Below, piece by piece: positions 6,916 through 15,017 of a stretch of 32,121 bases of DNA (the first letter of the stretch is position 1; each line of letters opens with the position of its first letter). The notes below the pieces were generated by a model. It saw nothing but the letters and a program-made list of their open reading frames with translations, did no database searches and was not told where the DNA came from. The position numbers and the translations under genes were made by a program. The DNA lies in the NCBI GenBank assembly GCA_018651445.1, contig JABIDZ010000089.1, positions 1 to 32,121 of the forward strand. Direction: 5' to 3'. This stretch comes from Candidatus Iainarchaeum sp. (GTDB lineage Archaea; Iainarchaeota; Iainarchaeia; Iainarchaeales; JAAZKV01).

Positions 6916-9900
6916 TTATTTTCTTCTTCCAAAGATTATCAAAACTACTATTATGATAATTAATACGGCGATAATTGTTAATATTGTCTCGAAGTCTTGT
7001 TGTTTAACGGGCGGGTCCATTGCGTCCAATGCTAATTGATTTGCAGTTTCATAATTGTCTTGGTTTAACGCGAGTATTGCTTGTTCGTATTGAGTAATTA
7101 ATTCTGGTTCTTCAATTGTTTTTGTTTTTAATAATGCAATAGTTATTTGTGCAGTTGCTTTTTCTTCTTCACCGTTACTGATTGATTGTTGGGCTTGTTG
7201 TAAAAGAGTTATTGCTTCATCATCTTGAGAGTTATTTATTTTTTCAATTATTTCTGTTGTTGTAAAATCATATATTGTTTGATTATTAGTTGGCGGGGGG
7301 GTTGGATCGGGTTGATTGGGTAAGTTTTGTGGTAATCCATCTGGGTAATATACTTGGGCACATTCATTTAGTATACACTCTTGATTACCTGTACAATCAT
7401 CATTTGTTTGACAGCGAATGATATCCGGTATGTTATTCGTTTCTTTTGGCGTACATGAAATTGTTTCTTGCGCTTTATGTGTTACTCCTCCCTGACAATC
7501 CGTATTCGTTCGTGTCCAATGCTTTGTTTGTGTTCCTGTTTCAGGGCAAACCGCAGGTTCTATTCTTGATTCCCAATCATCTTGATTACAATACTCCGGT
7601 TGTTCTTGTTCAGCGTCACAAGTAATTATTTCGTTGGCATATATTATTCCATTATTACAATCATTAATTTTTGTCCATTGCTTTGTTTGAGTTCCATTAG
7701 TGCATGGAGTCATTTCAAATGACCAATGTGAATCAGTACATGTTGGAATTGTTTCACACGTCTTTGTTAAATCGATTGGTTGTCCTTGACAAGTTTCAAC
7801 AGTAGTTAATGTTGCTGTTCGTGTTTCTATTCCATTGGCACAGGTTCCATAATTTGAATATGTGTATTGACATTGTGGTGCATTATAATTACAAAGAATA
7901 ATTTCATCGGTTTTTGTTATTCCATTTTGACAATTTGTTACTTTAAAATACTTTTTTGTTTGTTCGCCAATTGAAGGGCAAGTTGCTGGTTCTAAATAAA
8001 AATCCCAGTGGTCGTCTGTACAAATTGGGGTGTGTGTACAACTTCGGATTAGCGCGTCTGGATTTCCTCCGTGGCATGTTGTTGGTGTTTTTGTTAATAT
8101 GGTTTTTGTTTGTGTTCCTGTTTGTGGGCATGTTGTTGGTGTCCAGTTGGTGTATGTGAAGTTGGTGCAGGTGGGTGCTTGGTAGTCACAAGATACGGAT
8201 TCGGTTGTTGGTTTTTGTATTCCGTTTTGGCAGTTGTTTGTTTTGTACCATGTTCGGATTAGTGTGTTTGTGTTTTGGCATGTTCCGTCTGTTGATGTCC
8301 AGTGGTCGTCTGTGCAAGTTGGTATGTATGTGCATGTGCGGGTTAATGATTCGGGGTTTCCGTTTTGGCATGTTGTGGGTGTGGTTGTTTGTATTGTGCG
8401 TGTTTGTGTTGTTGATTGTGGGCATGTTGTTGGTGTCCAGTCAGAGTAAGTAAAGTTAGTGCATGTTGGTGCTTGGTAGGCACAACTAATTTCTTCAGTT
8501 GTAGGGTGTTGTATCCCAGACACGCAGTTTGCGGTTTGTGTCCATGTACGTGTTTTTGTATTTGTTGGTTGACACGATTCATCGTTATATGTCCAGTTAT
8601 TGTCTGTGCAAATTGGTTGTGTGCCGGGATAGACATTTGGGTTAGCATCATCGATGTCACTGCCGTGCGTATTACAAGTTAAGGAACTCCATCGCCAGCC
8701 GGTTCCGATGTTTGAACTTGTTTCTTTTTGGTACCAGTTATGTCCGCCGTCCTCATATAACCATACGCCGTTTGCAACCCAGTTTCTCGGTATCTTCCAA
8801 TTCGCATTATACATCCAGGTATAAAATCTATTATTTGTTGGACACATCATTTGTATGTCTGGATAGGTGTCTTGATCATCATCGCACCCCTCATCTATTT
8901 CGCCATCATAATCATCATCAAAACTATTACAAATTTCCCCTGAATAAAATTGACTAAATGTCCAGTTTTCACTTTTATTAGTTCGTATTAATGCGGCTGC
9001 ACCGTATGCGTCCCAAACAGGAAAGTATTGCATAAAATCTCTCTGGGTTAAAATATAATATGCATTAGCTACGATTCTATCGTCATTATCCGTAATTGAT
9101 TTGATTTCTGAGAAAATATCTGGAAATGAACTCTGTGCAGGTATTGAACCATACCCAAATTCGTTAACGTAGATTTTCCCAGAAAAATTATTTTTTATAT
9201 CTTCAATAATTGATTGGGTATATGTTGAATACTTTGCTTTTGTTTCGGTTGTATTATCGGAATATGCATGCATACTAGCATAATTATATTTTGAATTAAC
9301 TGTCGATATTGAGCTAAGCCAATTATTAACGCCTAGTCCCCAAAGATTTGTTTCCTCGATTCCGGCTACGGCGCCCAAGATTGTTATTTTTCCGTCTTGT
9401 TTAAACTTATCTCCAAAATAGTCCAAAAATTCTATTGCTCTGTTTTTCCAGAATGTTCTTTCCGATTCATTATTCATCCAACAATCATTGCTAGGTAAAC
9501 AAGACGGGTTGCAACTAAGAATATGGTTAGGCATCAGGTTTGGTTCATTCAAAACTTCGATTATCTTGAAATCATTTTTATATCGGTCCATTAGATCTGA
9601 GTTTAATCCAAAAATTAGCCAATCGGGCGCATCTCCTCTCCAATTTAAGAAATTATTGGGATCGTCAGTTAGTTGCTTACAGTTTGTAAAATTATCGGCA
9701 TAATAATAATTGTCCCTGAATTCGAATAAGTTAAAGAAATTCTCTTTTTCAGTAGCACCCATGTCAGCAAATAATGTTTGTTGGAAAAGGTATGTTTGCA
9801 AATATGGTGTTGCAGGGATTTTTCTATCTGTCAAAGATTCATAAAATGCATCGACGATGTTAAGTGATTCTTGATATACACAATTGTATAAATCCCTGCT

Positions 9901-10479
9901 AAAACAAGTCTTTGGATTAAGACTTGGGAGCGTTCCAAATCGAATAAACTTTGCACCCGCTTTTTTTGCATTTAATGACACTTGTTCAGCATTTTGTAAA
10001 GATGCTGCACCAAAAGTAATTTCGTCATTAATCCCGAAAAGACCGTCTTTTACTTCGGCCTTTTTTGCGATACTTTCAATTTCGGCATATCTGCCAGAAG
10101 GAAAATGTGTAGATCTAGAATCTATACTGCTTGTTATTTCTAAACTACTGCAATCTGAACTATTAGTAAAAATTACTTTTGGGTAAATATTTCCTGCCTT
10201 GTGATAATAGAGGTCTATGTAGAAATTTGTTTCTTCCCCCGGGTGTATTTCACGGTATCTAATAAGTTTGTCTGAACCTTGTTCAATGAAAACTTCAGCG
10301 ATAATTGTTCCTGAAGAAAAAGCTCCGTTGCATGAAATATGCAAATCAAGGAAATTTTGATTATTTGGAACATATGTTGTATTATCCGTCCAAATCGTAT
10401 AACTTGATAGATTTGTGCTTTGCGAATATACTTGTCCCATTATGCAAATAAATAAGATTATTACAAATAACTTTTTCAT
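6916..10479 (-). CDS. Large C-terminally anchored surface protein: signal peptide, clan GH-A-like (GH5-style) domain, MopE-like acidic Cys motifs, eight 4-Cys modules, helical stalk, TM anchor
   Basis: Signal peptide MKKLFVIILFICIMGQVYS. IIEVLNEPN and IYVNEFGYG lie ~130 aa apart, the spacing of the acid/base and nucleophile Glu motifs of clan GH-A hydrolases. DDDYDGEIDEGCDDDQDTYPD and GSDIDDANPNVYPG are MopE-type motifs. Repeated C..W..C..T.T...C..G....C modules follow. C-terminal ILTIIAVLIIIIVVLIIFGRRK. The hydrolase assignment is tentative. Confidence 0.7.
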   Translation of the reverse strand: MKKLFVIILFICIMGQVYSQSTNLSSYTIWTDNTTYVPNNQNFLDLHISCNGAFSSGTIIAEVFIEQGSDKLIRYREIHPGEETNFYIDLYYHKAGNIYPKVIFTNSSDCSSLEITSSIDSRSTHFPSGRYAEIESIAKKAEVKDGLFGINDEITFGAASLQNAEQVSLNAKKAGAKFIRFGTLPSLNPKTCFSRDLYNCVYQESLNIVDAFYESLTDRKIPATPYLQTYLFQQTLFADMGATEKENFFNLFEFRDNYYYADNFTNCKQLTDDPNNFLNWRGDAPDWLIFGLNSDLMDRYKNDFKIIEVLNEPNLMPNHILSCNPSCLPSNDCWMNNESERTFWKNRAIEFLDYFGDKFKQDGKITILGAVAGIEETNLWGLGVNNWLSSISTVNSKYNYASMHAYSDNTTETKAKYSTYTQSIIEDIKNNFSGKIYVNEFGYGSIPAQSSFPDIFSEIKSITDNDDRIVANAYYILTQRDFMQYFPVWDAYGAAALIRTNKSENWTFSQFYSGEICNSFDDDYDGEIDEGCDDDQDTYPDIQMMCPTNNRFYTWMYNANWKIPRNWVANGVWLYEDGGHNWYQKETSSNIGTGWRWSSLTCNTHGSDIDDANPNVYPGTQPICTDNNWTYNDESCQPTNTKTRTWTQTANCVSGIQHPTTEEISCAYQAPTCTNFTYSDWTPTTCPQSTTQTRTIQTTTPTTCQNGNPESLTRTCTYIPTCTDDHWTSTDGTCQNTNTLIRTWYKTNNCQNGIQKPTTESVSCDYQAPTCTNFTYTNWTPTTCPQTGTQTKTILTKTPTTCHGGNPDALIRSCTHTPICTDDHWDFYLEPATCPSIGEQTKKYFKVTNCQNGITKTDEIILCNYNAPQCQYTYSNYGTCANGIETRTATLTTVETCQGQPIDLTKTCETIPTCTDSHWSFEMTPCTNGTQTKQWTKINDCNNGIIYANEIITCDAEQEQPEYCNQDDWESRIEPAVCPETGTQTKHWTRTNTDCQGGVTHKAQETISCTPKETNNIPDIIRCQTNDDCTGNQECILNECAQVYYPDGLPQNLPNQPDPTPPPTNNQTIYDFTTTEIIEKINNSQDDEAITLLQQAQQSISNGEEEKATAQITIALLKTKTIEEPELITQYEQAILALNQDNYETANQLALDAMDPPVKQQDFETILTIIAVLIIIIVVLIIFGRRK
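7446..8613 (-). repeat. In-frame array of eight ~45-50 aa four-cysteine modules (two alternating subtypes)
   Basis: Example modules: CTNFTYSDWTPTTCPQSTTQTRT..TTCQNGNPESLTRTC alternating with CTDDHWTSTDGTCQNTNTLIRTW..NNCQNGIQKPTTESVSC. A 24-nt perfect identity (8124..8147 and 8418..8441) sits exactly 294 nt, i.e. 98 codons, apart. Confidence 0.85.
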
Positions 10480-10626
10480 ATTTCAATAGCGTATTTATCG
10501 TATAAAAACATGAGCTTCGTTGGTATAACTGAGAATTAGGAATTTGATTTCTATTTTTTTATCCTTCTTTTTCATTTAAAAACTTTTTCATCGTTAAATT
10601 CATTATAATTCGATATTGGTGAGTAA

Positions 10627-10818
10627 ATGCAATTGAATATAAAAGAAACTTGGAGCAAATTCATTTCTGATAGTAGAAGAATCTTGGTTGTTTCAAGAAA
10701 ACCTACGATGGATGAGTACAAGAAAATGGCTCTAATCATTGCTCTTGGAATGGTTATTATTGGCATAATGGGTTTTATAGTACAGCTATTCTTTGTATTG
10801 ACTGGGCTAGGGATCTAA
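10627..10818 (+). CDS. secE: Protein translocase subunit SecE/Sec61-gamma
   Basis: 63 aa with a single C-terminal TM helix and SRRILVVSRKPTMDEYKKMALI. It occupies the conserved position directly upstream of spt5-L11. SD ggtga. Confidence 0.75.
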   Translation: MQLNIKETWSKFISDSRRILVVSRKPTMDEYKKMALIIALGMVIIGIMGFIVQLFFVLTGLGI

Positions 10819-10905
10819 AGGGTAGGAATTTAAAGTTAAGGGTAGCGAATTATATTAGTATAATGGCATTTAATTTAATATTATAAAGGATTTGAAGGTG
10901 AGCAA

Positions 10906-11343
10906 ATGATTTTTCCGGTTAGAACAACAGTTGGACAAGAACAAATGGTTGTAGACATCTTAGGCGCTAAGATAACAAAAGAAGAACTAAATATTTATTC
11001 TATTGCAGTTGTTCCAGGATTAAAAGGTTATATTTTAATCGAAGCAGATAACGAAATAACTGTTAGACGAGGAATTACTGATACTCCACACGTAAGAGGA
11101 TCAGGAATAGTAAAAGGCGCAGTTCACATAGATGAATTAGCTGGAATGCTAGAAGCAAAACCATTAATGAAGACTCTTGAAGAAGGACAAAAAGTAGAAA
11201 TTATTAGCGGTCCATTCAAAGGAGAAAAAGCTAAGATTACTAGGGTAAACGCAGCAAAAGAAGAAGTAGTAGTAGAATTACTTGAAGCCGCAGTAAAAAT
11301 CCCGGTTACAATCAAAGCTGAGAACATAAAAATCGTAAATTAA
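10906..11343 (+). CDS. spt5: Transcription elongation factor Spt5 (NusG homologue)
   Basis: MIFPVRTTVGQE NGN-type N-terminus and a KOW-like G.KVEIISGPFKGEKAKITRV. Conserved operon position. SD aggtga. Confidence 0.85.
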   Translation: MIFPVRTTVGQEQMVVDILGAKITKEELNIYSIAVVPGLKGYILIEADNEITVRRGITDTPHVRGSGIVKGAVHIDELAGMLEAKPLMKTLEEGQKVEIISGPFKGEKAKITRVNAAKEEVVVELLEAAVKIPVTIKAENIKIVN

Positions 11344-11444
11344 ACTTTTAAAAAAAGTTTAAGCAAAAATCGACCATCTGAAGATGGCCGTGTTAATGTT
11401 ACACAAATTAAAGGAAAAACTTCGAAAAATTGGAGAATGATAAT

Positions 11445-11912
11445 ATGGGAGATATAAAAATAATGGTAAGTGGAGGAAAAGCAAATGCTGGTCCGCCATT
11501 AGGTCCTGCGTTAGCTCCGACCGGAGTTAATATAGGAGAAGTAGTTGCAAAAATAAACGAGAAAACATCGTCGTTTGATGGAATGCAAGTTCCAGTAACA
11601 GTAAAAATTAATGGAGACAAGAGTTTTGAAATAACTGTTGGTTTACCTCCTACTAGTGCATTGATAAAAAAAGAAGTTAATGCAAAAAAAGGAGCAGCTA
11701 ACCCAAAAACAGATGTTGTTGGAAATCTTACAATCGAACAAGTGAAAAAAGTTGCAGAACAAAAATATGACGCTTTGAACTCAACTGAACCAAAAGCAAG
11801 TGCAAAAGAAATCATGGGCGTTTGCAATTCAATGGGTGTTACTGTAGAAGGTTTACGCGCAAAATTAGCTATCAAAGCACTTAACGACGGAAAGTTTGAT
11901 TCAAAATTTTAG
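11445..11912 (+). CDS. rpl11: 50S ribosomal protein L11 (uL11)
   Basis: VSGGKANAGPPLGPALAPTGVNIGEVV is the L11 hallmark. The ATG at 11445 follows ggag; the ORF-track start at 11430 is an upstream in-frame TTG. Confidence 0.9.
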   Translation: MGDIKIMVSGGKANAGPPLGPALAPTGVNIGEVVAKINEKTSSFDGMQVPVTVKINGDKSFEITVGLPPTSALIKKEVNAKKGAANPKTDVVGNLTIEQVKKVAEQKYDALNSTEPKASAKEIMGVCNSMGVTVEGLRAKLAIKALNDGKFDSKF

Positions 11913-11956
11913 GAATTGACGTTTGTTTTATAAAGCTTTCACAACGCATTTAATTT

Positions 11957-12027
11957 ACATTTAAGCCTGATTTTCAGGCCGCATCTCCTAATTTGGAGAG
12001 ATACCGCTTTGGCGGAAGGTGTTAAAC
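11957..12027 (+). promoter_or_regulatory. Structured 5' leader of the L1-P0-P1 transcription unit (candidate L1 autoregulatory site)
   Basis: TATA ttttataaag at 11927..11936 predicts a start near 11957. Three consecutive hairpins follow: gcctga/tcaggc 11965..11979, tctcc/ggaga 11984..11999, and ccgc/gcgg 12004..12015, ending at the SD ggaaggtg. Confidence 0.3.
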
Positions 12028-12687
12028 ATGAAAAAAAGTGAAGCGATTGAAGCAGTAAAGAAAATGCGAGAAAATTCTAAGGCTCGAAAGTTTTCTCAAA
12101 GCGTAGAACTAATGATTAATTTCACTGGGCTTGACATGAAAAAACCTCAGAACCAGGTTAATGTTAAAGTTGAATTACCTAATAGCACTGGAAAAGGTAG
12201 TGGAAAAATTTGTATTTTTACTAAAACAGATGCTTTTGCAACACAAGTAAAAGGCAAAGCAGATCTAATTGTAAGCGAAAAAGAAATCGAAGCGTTATCT
12301 AAAAACAAATCAAAGATGGCTGAACTAATTAATTTTGATGCATTATTTGCTGAAGGAGCAGTAATGCTAACTGTAGCAAAATTCTTGGGACAACAATTAG
12401 CTCCTAAAGGAAAAATGCCAAAACCAGTTATGAATATTGCTAATTTTGCTGAGACATTAGCAAAAGCAAAAACACAAGTTACTATTTCTAATAAAAAAGG
12501 AAAATTTATGCCAGTTGTGCACAGCATGATTGGAAAAGAAGATATGACTGATGAACAAATCATTGACAATATGATGGTTGTTTACGAAACAGTTCGTGAT
12601 TCATTACCTCAGAAAAAACAAAACATCAAAAGTGTGTTTGTAAAAATGACTATGGGGCCTCCAATGAGAATAGGTGAAGTACAATGA
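12028..12687 (+). CDS. rpl1: 50S ribosomal protein L1 (uL1)
   Basis: L1-like sequence in the conserved position. ATG at 12028 follows aaggtg; the ORF-track start at 12019 is an upstream GTG. The stop overlaps the P0 start (ATGA). Confidence 0.9.
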   Translation: MKKSEAIEAVKKMRENSKARKFSQSVELMINFTGLDMKKPQNQVNVKVELPNSTGKGSGKICIFTKTDAFATQVKGKADLIVSEKEIEALSKNKSKMAELINFDALFAEGAVMLTVAKFLGQQLAPKGKMPKPVMNIANFAETLAKAKTQVTISNKKGKFMPVVHSMIGKEDMTDEQIIDNMMVVYETVRDSLPQKKQNIKSVFVKMTMGPPMRIGEVQ

Positions 12688-13844
12688 CTTCGCATAATCG
12701 AAAATGGAAAGAAGCAAAGCTTGCAGAAATTACTGAGCTTGTAAAAGAATATCCGTTTGTTGCAGTAGCAACATTAAACGAATTACCTGCTAGTATTGTA
12801 TCGGTTCTTAGAAAAAGATTGAAAGGAGACGCAGTAATTGTTGTTTCAAAATTACGTGTTGTACAAAGAGCTTTTGAAGCTGCGGGATTAAAAGATGATA
12901 AATTAAATGGTTTAATCAAAGACAGTGTTGCAATTATTTTTTCAAACAAAAATCCGTTTGAATTATTTTCATTTATTAAAAAGAACAAAGGAGATGCAAC
13001 TGCAAAAACAGGCGACATTGCAATAGCCGATATTGAAGTTCAAGCAGGAGACACAGGTTTGCCTCCAGGACCAGCTCTATCAATTCTAAAAGGTGCTGGA
13101 TTAAAAGTTGCGGTACAAGGGCCAACTATTAGTATTGTTAAAGACAAGATCGTTACAAAAAAAGGAGAAGAAGTAATTTCCGTAGTAGCAGATGTTCTTG
13201 GAAAATTAAATATGAAACCAATGAAAGTTGGGATGAAAGTTTTAGGTATCTTAGACAAAGCAGAAAAACAATTTTATTTAGCAGATGTACTTGATGTTGA
13301 TGAAGAAGAATTATTCAACAAATTTGTTACAGCTTATGGACAAGCTCTAAACTTAGCTGTTGAAGCAGAAATCTTCAACGAAGCAAGTACAGAAGTAATC
13401 CTAATCAAAGCAGAGAGAGAAGCAAAAGCAGTGGACGATTCACTTGACTTAGATGCTCCTGCTAGCGAAAAGAAAGAAGAAGTTGTTGAAGAGAAAAAGG
13501 AAGAAGTTGTTGAAGAAAAGAAAGAAGAAACAATTGAAGAACCAAAAGAAGAAGTTAAAGTTGAAGAAGTTGCTGAACAAGCAACCGAAGAAAAAGTTGA
13601 AGAAGCAAAAGAAGTTGTTGAAGAAACTGATACTGAAAAAGAAGCCCAAGAAGTTGCAGAACAAGTAAACGATGCAACTGAAGAAAAGCAAGAAGAAGTG
13701 CAGGCTGAAGCTAGCGAGAAAAAAGAAGAAACTGCCGAAGCAAAGGTTGAAGAAACAAACACTGCTGAAGTAGATAAAGAAGCAGCTGAATTAGCTGAAC
13801 AAGCAACTGATGAAGAAAAAAAGAAAACTGAGGGAGAAAATTAA
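12684..13844 (+). CDS. rplP0: Ribosomal stalk protein P0 (uL10) with long Glu/Lys-rich C-terminal extension
   Basis: N-terminal WKEAKLAEITELVKEYPFVAVATLNELPASIVSVLRKRLKG is typical of archaeal L10/P0. It has the operon position between L1 and P1. About 135 C-terminal residues are E/K/V/A low complexity. Confidence 0.85.
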   Translation: MTSHNRKWKEAKLAEITELVKEYPFVAVATLNELPASIVSVLRKRLKGDAVIVVSKLRVVQRAFEAAGLKDDKLNGLIKDSVAIIFSNKNPFELFSFIKKNKGDATAKTGDIAIADIEVQAGDTGLPPGPALSILKGAGLKVAVQGPTISIVKDKIVTKKGEEVISVVADVLGKLNMKPMKVGMKVLGILDKAEKQFYLADVLDVDEEELFNKFVTAYGQALNLAVEAEIFNEASTEVILIKAEREAKAVDDSLDLDAPASEKKEEVVEEKKEEVVEEKKEETIEEPKEEVKVEEVAEQATEEKVEEAKEVVEETDTEKEAQEVAEQVNDATEEKQEEVQAEASEKKEETAEAKVEETNTAEVDKEAAELAEQATDEEKKKTEGEN

Positions 13845-13877
13845 TTTTAAAAATTATTTTTGAGAGGTGAAGAAGTT

Positions 13878-14174
13878 ATGGAATATGTGTACGCAGCAAT
13901 GTTACTTCATAAATCTGGTAAAGATGTTGATGAAGCAGGTGTTGAAGGTATTTTGAAGGCAGCAGGTGTTGAATTCGATAATGCTAAAGTAAAAGCAATG
14001 GTTGCAGCAATCAAAAACATCAATATTGATGAAGCGATTGAGAAAGCAGCAGTAGCACCCGCAGCAGCTCCGGCAGCAGCAGGAAAAACTGAAGAAGCAG
14101 ACGAAGAACCTGAAGAAGACGCTGGAAAGAAAGAAGAAGAAGCGGCAGCAGGACTAGGTGCTCTATTCGGATAA
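13878..14174 (+). CDS. rpl12: Ribosomal stalk protein P1 (archaeal L12)
   Basis: [15 protein letters not shown]...[23 protein letters not shown] is the canonical P1 architecture and tail. SD gaggtga precedes the ATG at 13878; the ORF-track start at 13860 is an upstream TTG. Confidence 0.88.
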   Translation: MEYVYAAMLLHKSGKDVDEAGVEGILKAAGVEFDNAKVKAMVAAIKNINIDEAIEKAAVAPAAAPAAAGKTEEADEEPEEDAGKKEEEAAAGLGALFG

Positions 14175-14377
14175 ATTTCACTTACACGGGTTGTGGGCAA
14201 CTGCAATCCATGTAGTTTTATTTTTCTAGGTTTAGCCCAAAACTATTTTTTAAATTAGCATAATTTGCGCAATTGACGAACTTTTGAGCGTTAATAGTTA
14301 GACAATTGACTTACAAATTTCTTGCAGTGAATAGATTCTGAAAAGATTTATAAAGAATAAAGTAGGAATAATATTGA

Positions 14378-14492
14378 AGTGATTTTAGAGAGGTTGCTTC
14401 ATTAAAAAGTGGGAGACAAGTGTTCACCAACTGGAGAGGTGCTTTACGGAATCGTAATTATTGGTTCTCCCACTTTATATTTTCTTTTTTCT
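14378..14492 (+). ncRNA. Candidate small structured RNA with its own TATA box and oligo-T end
   Basis: TATA tttataaa at 14347..14354. A 10-11 bp perfect inverted repeat (aaagtgggaga at 14406..14416, tctcccacttt at 14466..14476) encloses ~50 nt with internal pairings. It is followed by tatattttcttttttc. No class assigned. Confidence 0.3.
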
Positions 14493-14553
14493 ATTCGAAT
14501 TTGTTTAAGACGTATTGAAAAAAGTTCTTGAAAAAAATATGATTTATTTGTTT

Positions 14554-14874
14554 TTACTCGTTATGTAAATTATCTCGAAGAATTACCTTATTTGTCAGTT
14601 CAATCAGTTCTTGAGATGGAGCTTCTTCGCCGCGAAATATTTTGTTTGCGCGTTGTCGAAGTTCAGACACATCTGGTTTTCCCTGAAGTCGTGACAGGCG
14701 TTGCAACGCCTTAGTAATTGCATCTATTTGTGCCGCTCTAACACGTGCAATAATAGCGCTGCGTGCAGTGCGTGCTGGTCTGGAAAAACTACATTTAGCT
14801 AGACCGGGCATAGCCTCTAAACCAGCTACATTTGGAGTATCCAATTTGTAATTACCTATCCTCGTTGGACGCAT
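14554..14874 (-). CDS. Hypothetical Arg/Ala-rich 106-aa protein, compositionally atypical
   Basis: Clean ORF. TATA tatttaaat (14896..14904) lies ~26 nt upstream of the ATG, so it looks leaderless. Visibly higher G+C and more CGN Arg codons than the neighbours. No motif recognised. Confidence 0.5.
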   Translation of the reverse strand: MRPTRIGNYKLDTPNVAGLEAMPGLAKCSFSRPARTARSAIIARVRAAQIDAITKALQRLSRLQGKPDVSELRQRANKIFRGEEAPSQELIELTNKVILRDNLHNE

Positions 14875-15017
14875 AAAAAGAGTTAATTGTAGTTCTATTT
14901 AAATGTTTCTGGATAACTCGCAGGGTCATGCTACTACAACGATTTTAATCTATTAAAAAGCCTTATAAAGAACTTCAAATTTCTATATAATAGTAATAAT
15001 TTATTGTATTAGTTTGA

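Noticed and set aside
7446-8613. Tandem repeats that could superficially suggest a CRISPR-like or satellite array
   Set aside because: The period is ~147/294 nt, the units are diverged, and they stay in one long open frame encoding Cys modules. No short identical repeats separated by unique spacers exist anywhere in the window.
6916-10479. Diversity-generating retroelement target (Cys-rich variable surface protein, as known from DPANN archaea)
   Set aside because: No reverse transcriptase, no template-repeat/variable-repeat pair with adenine-specific mismatches, and no C-type-lectin-like C-terminus in the window.
10572-10766. 64-aa ORF antisense to secE
   Set aside because: It overlaps the well-supported secE gene and promoter region. 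No motif.
10816-10851. Direct repeat AAGGGTAG(C)GAATT twice, 20 nt apart, between secE and spt5. Also CAATTGAC twice, 33 nt apart (14270..14277 and 14303..14310).
   Set aside because: The motifs are too short to distinguish from chance without comparative data. Noted only as possible factor-binding sites.
11371-11390. Hairpin cgaccatc-tgaa-gatggccg between spt5 and rpl11, as a terminator or attenuator
   Set aside because: The stem contains an A-C mismatch and no T-run follows. spt5 and L11 are usually co-transcribed, so it was not called.
14409-14473. Possible tRNA or split-tRNA half: a perfect 7-bp acceptor-like stem GUGGGAG/CUCCCAC
   Set aside because: It is only 65 nt, with no D-arm, no GTTCRA T-loop, and no 7-nt anticodon loop with U33. 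The stem also extends by AAA/TTT like a plain hairpin.
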